A stretch of 63,976 bases of DNA, filler included, from Olpidium bornovanus S191 (Eukaryota > Fungi > Olpidiomycota): assembly GCA_017911155.1 (NCBI GenBank). It is 30 parts of 30 records of this genome, joined end to end, with 100 filler letters (N's around TTAATTAATTAA, not from the genome) between each part and the next. Parts side by side here need not be neighbours in the genome. Positions count along the whole stretch, not along the records: positions 60,519 to 62,748 come from JAEFCI010006111.1; positions 62,849 to 63,976 come from JAEFCI010012072.1; 28 more parts are not named here. One strand, given 5' to 3'. A program made the translations under genes and the position numbers. How positions within the stretch are numbered: position 1 is the first letter of the stretch; every line of letters begins with the position of its first letter. This document shows positions 61,549-63,976 of the stretch, piece by piece. Below the pieces are notes generated by a model. The model was not told the DNA's origin. It made no database searches and was given only the letters and a program-made list of their open reading frames with translations.

Positions 61549-61769
61549 GGAATCGGCACGGACGGGGCAGACTGGGGGCCCCCGTCAAGCAGCAGCAGTT
61601 CCGCAGTGGCCACTGACCAAAATCTTTTTACTTTTCCTCCCGTCGAGAGGCCCGGGAATCGGCACGGACGGGGCAGACTGGGGGCCCCCGTCAAGCAGCA
61701 GCAGTTCCGCAGTGGCCACTGACCAAAATCTTTTTACTTTTCCTCCCGTCGAGAGGCCCGGGAATCGGC
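61549..61769. repeat. Perfect 106-bp tandem duplication
   Basis: GGAATCGGC recurs at 61549, 61655 and 61761, and the two full units appear identical. Confidence 0.92.
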
Positions 61770-62652
61770 TTCCGGAACCCCTGCTTCCGTAAAACGCCCC
61801 TCGGGTGATCTCCCCGACGGCGAGCGTCTTGCTCTGTGGTTTCCCGGTTCGGCTTGTGCCCCCCGCACCGCCGCTGTTCAAACCCCCGGCAAAAGTTGCG
61901 CGGGTTTGAACACCCGCTGTTCAAACCCCGGATTTTTCAAACCAGGCGGACCCAAGAGCTCCGTGGTGCTCCCTTGCCGGAGCAGAGCTTTTGCGTCGGC
62001 AGACACGGCGGGTTCGGGGCAGGAAGAGCGCGGCGCCGAGATCCGCGCGCGTAGATTGCGGCGGGCGGGCGGTTTTCAGGGTGAAAAAAAAAAATAATGG
62101 TTGGAAAAGGAGGGGGGGGGGAAGTGGGGTGAGGAGGACATCGGGTGTGCTCTTAAGCTCTTGTGAGAGCCTCCAGAGGCGCATCGTAAAATTACGGGTG
62201 TCCTGAGCGATTTACGGGCATCCGTAGCAACCAGCAGAGGATGTCCGTAGCCCATTCGTGAGGACGCCCGGAAATTCCTTTTAGAACCGGTGTTAGTGTA
62301 ACCCCCCCCCCTCCCCTCCTCCTTTTCCTTCCCCCGTGTGGATTGGTAAATTCTCGGGGAAAAAAAGAAATGACGTTTGAATCTGCGGTTCTTCACGTGG
62401 CAGAGACACGTTTCGCAAGTAAACCGCGACTGGCAAGGCTTTTATGTATATATATATATTCCCGCTTAAAAGTTTGAGAGAGGGTTGGGGGGCCCCGTTT
62501 CGTTCTCTATCGCAGAAACGTCCCTCCCCTCGTTCCGCCCGAATCCACCCCAGCCCCCCGCAAAGCGTGAAATGGCCGGCCTCGTGGGCGAACGTTAAGC
62601 CGATATCCCCGAGGTACGCGGCGGAGATAAGCTGCGCGCTGCTGGGACGGGG

Positions 62653-62748
<96 letters not shown>

Positions 62749-63707
62749 NNNNNNNNNNNNNNNNNNNNNNNNNNNNNNNNNNNNNNNNNNNNTTAATTAA
62801 TTAANNNNNNNNNNNNNNNNNNNNNNNNNNNNNNNNNNNNNNNNNNNNCAAAAAACCCCCCGCCCCCCCCCCCCCCCCCCCCCGGGGCCGGGGGGGGGGG
62901 GGGGGGGGGGGAAGAGGGGGAAGGAGGGGTGTGGGTGTCAAGCGACCTCTTCTGCACGCGGCTGCGAAACTTCCGAGAGCATTCGCCACGGAGCATCAGG
63001 GTCCCGGACGCGGGGGATGGATCCCGGGGGAACCGGGCTGTGCAATATTCGCAGATAAATTACACCTGGATCATTGGCCGCTGTCTCCTTCCCTTCCCTC
63101 CGCCTCTCCGGATCCGTTATCTGTTTTTCCTTTCCCGCGGGTTGTCTGCGGACGGACCCCAACACCCCTGAGCGGGGTAGAAAGACACGCCCCCCACCCG
63201 CGGGGAAGGGGGGGTTTTTTCTTTGACGGTTTTTTTTCTTCGCCCATTTTTTTTCTTCGCCCACAACGCGGCGGTGAGAGGAGGAAAAGAGGGAGAGAAA
63301 AAAAAAACCGTGTGGCAATCGACCCCGCGCACGCCGGACAGGCAGAGTAGAACTGTTATCCCCCACCACACACACAACCCCCATCTGCCCGTCAGCGAGT
63401 TTCCTCATAAATTGTAAACGGCAGCCAATGCGCCCGCAGGACGCCTTTTGCTGGACCGAGTCGTCGTGGACGCCTCCACTACGTCGATGTCAAACGACCC
63501 ATCGATTAGCCCAATAAGCATCTATGGGCCTCCGGTCAACAGGGGGACCCAAGTACGTAAAACCCTATCCGGCGCCTTTTGTAATAAAATACCAACGTCC
63601 TCCGAACTCGCACCACAACACGACCCGCAATCGCATCCAAGCCCCCCCCCCCCCCCCCCCGTGTTTCCGATCCGGGGGCTCCGTTTAACCGAAAAACACA
63701 TTAACAA

Positions 63708-63874
63708 TCAGTGCGAAGCGGCGGCAGCCGTTTTTTTCTGGTTGTACTCCGCCTTGGCCGCCACTAGCTGCTCCTCCAGCGCACGCACCCTTTCTCTGAC
63801 GGCGCGCTCCTCGGCGAGGGCTTTCTTCCGAATCTCCTCAATCTTGTCCATAGTGTCCTCCTCGGATTGCGCGG
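63708..63874 (-). CDS. Terminal exon of an unidentified coiled-coil protein
   Basis: CAG acceptor, then AQSEEDTMDKIEEIRKKALAEERAVRERVRALEEQLVAAKAEYNQKK..SH*. Confidence 0.45.
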
Positions 63875-63976
63875 CTGCGCGCGGGAATGCAAAAAAAAAC
63901 GATTGTCAGGTTCGACTGCTCGCCTCAACTGGGACAACAGGGGAGGTGGGGGGGGGGGGGGGGGGGGGGGGGGGGG

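Noticed and set aside
61549-61769. Perfect 106-bp tandem duplication as a functional repeat
   Set aside because: Complete identity in a short-read draft is equally compatible with an assembly artefact, and no coding or structural signal was seen.

Overview
This window is not one genomic locus. It is 30 short eukaryotic contigs (about 1-4.3 kb each) joined by an artificial 100-nt spacer (44 N + TTAATTAATTAA + 44 N, 29 copies), so adjacency across spacers means nothing. The DNA is GC-rich, intron-containing and full of homopolymer tracts. The gene set is fungal-type (SEY1, TVP23, Rsc8/Swi3-like, Tps2-like, SNU23/ZMAT2, RPL26, SMG6, ARS2, KHDC4, TBC GAP, GPx, JmjC) but also includes a CatSper2 channel subunit and a type III glutamine synthetase. 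This points to a zoosporic, early-diverging fungus; the style resembles the fragmented Olpidium draft, but that identification is an unverified guess. About a third of the contigs carry LTR-retrotransposon pieces. The most unusual signal is a Ty1/copia element (49489-53347) with a 93-bp LTR, a half-tRNA-iMet primer site, a Ty3/gypsy-like Gag, and an intact-cage chromodomain directly after a copia-type integrase. Four LTRs of only 79-100 bp in two families were found, plus relics of a GC-rich copia resembling the plant Bianca lineage. No rRNA, tRNA gene or CRISPR array was recognised. All protein assignments come from motif recognition by eye, not database searches.
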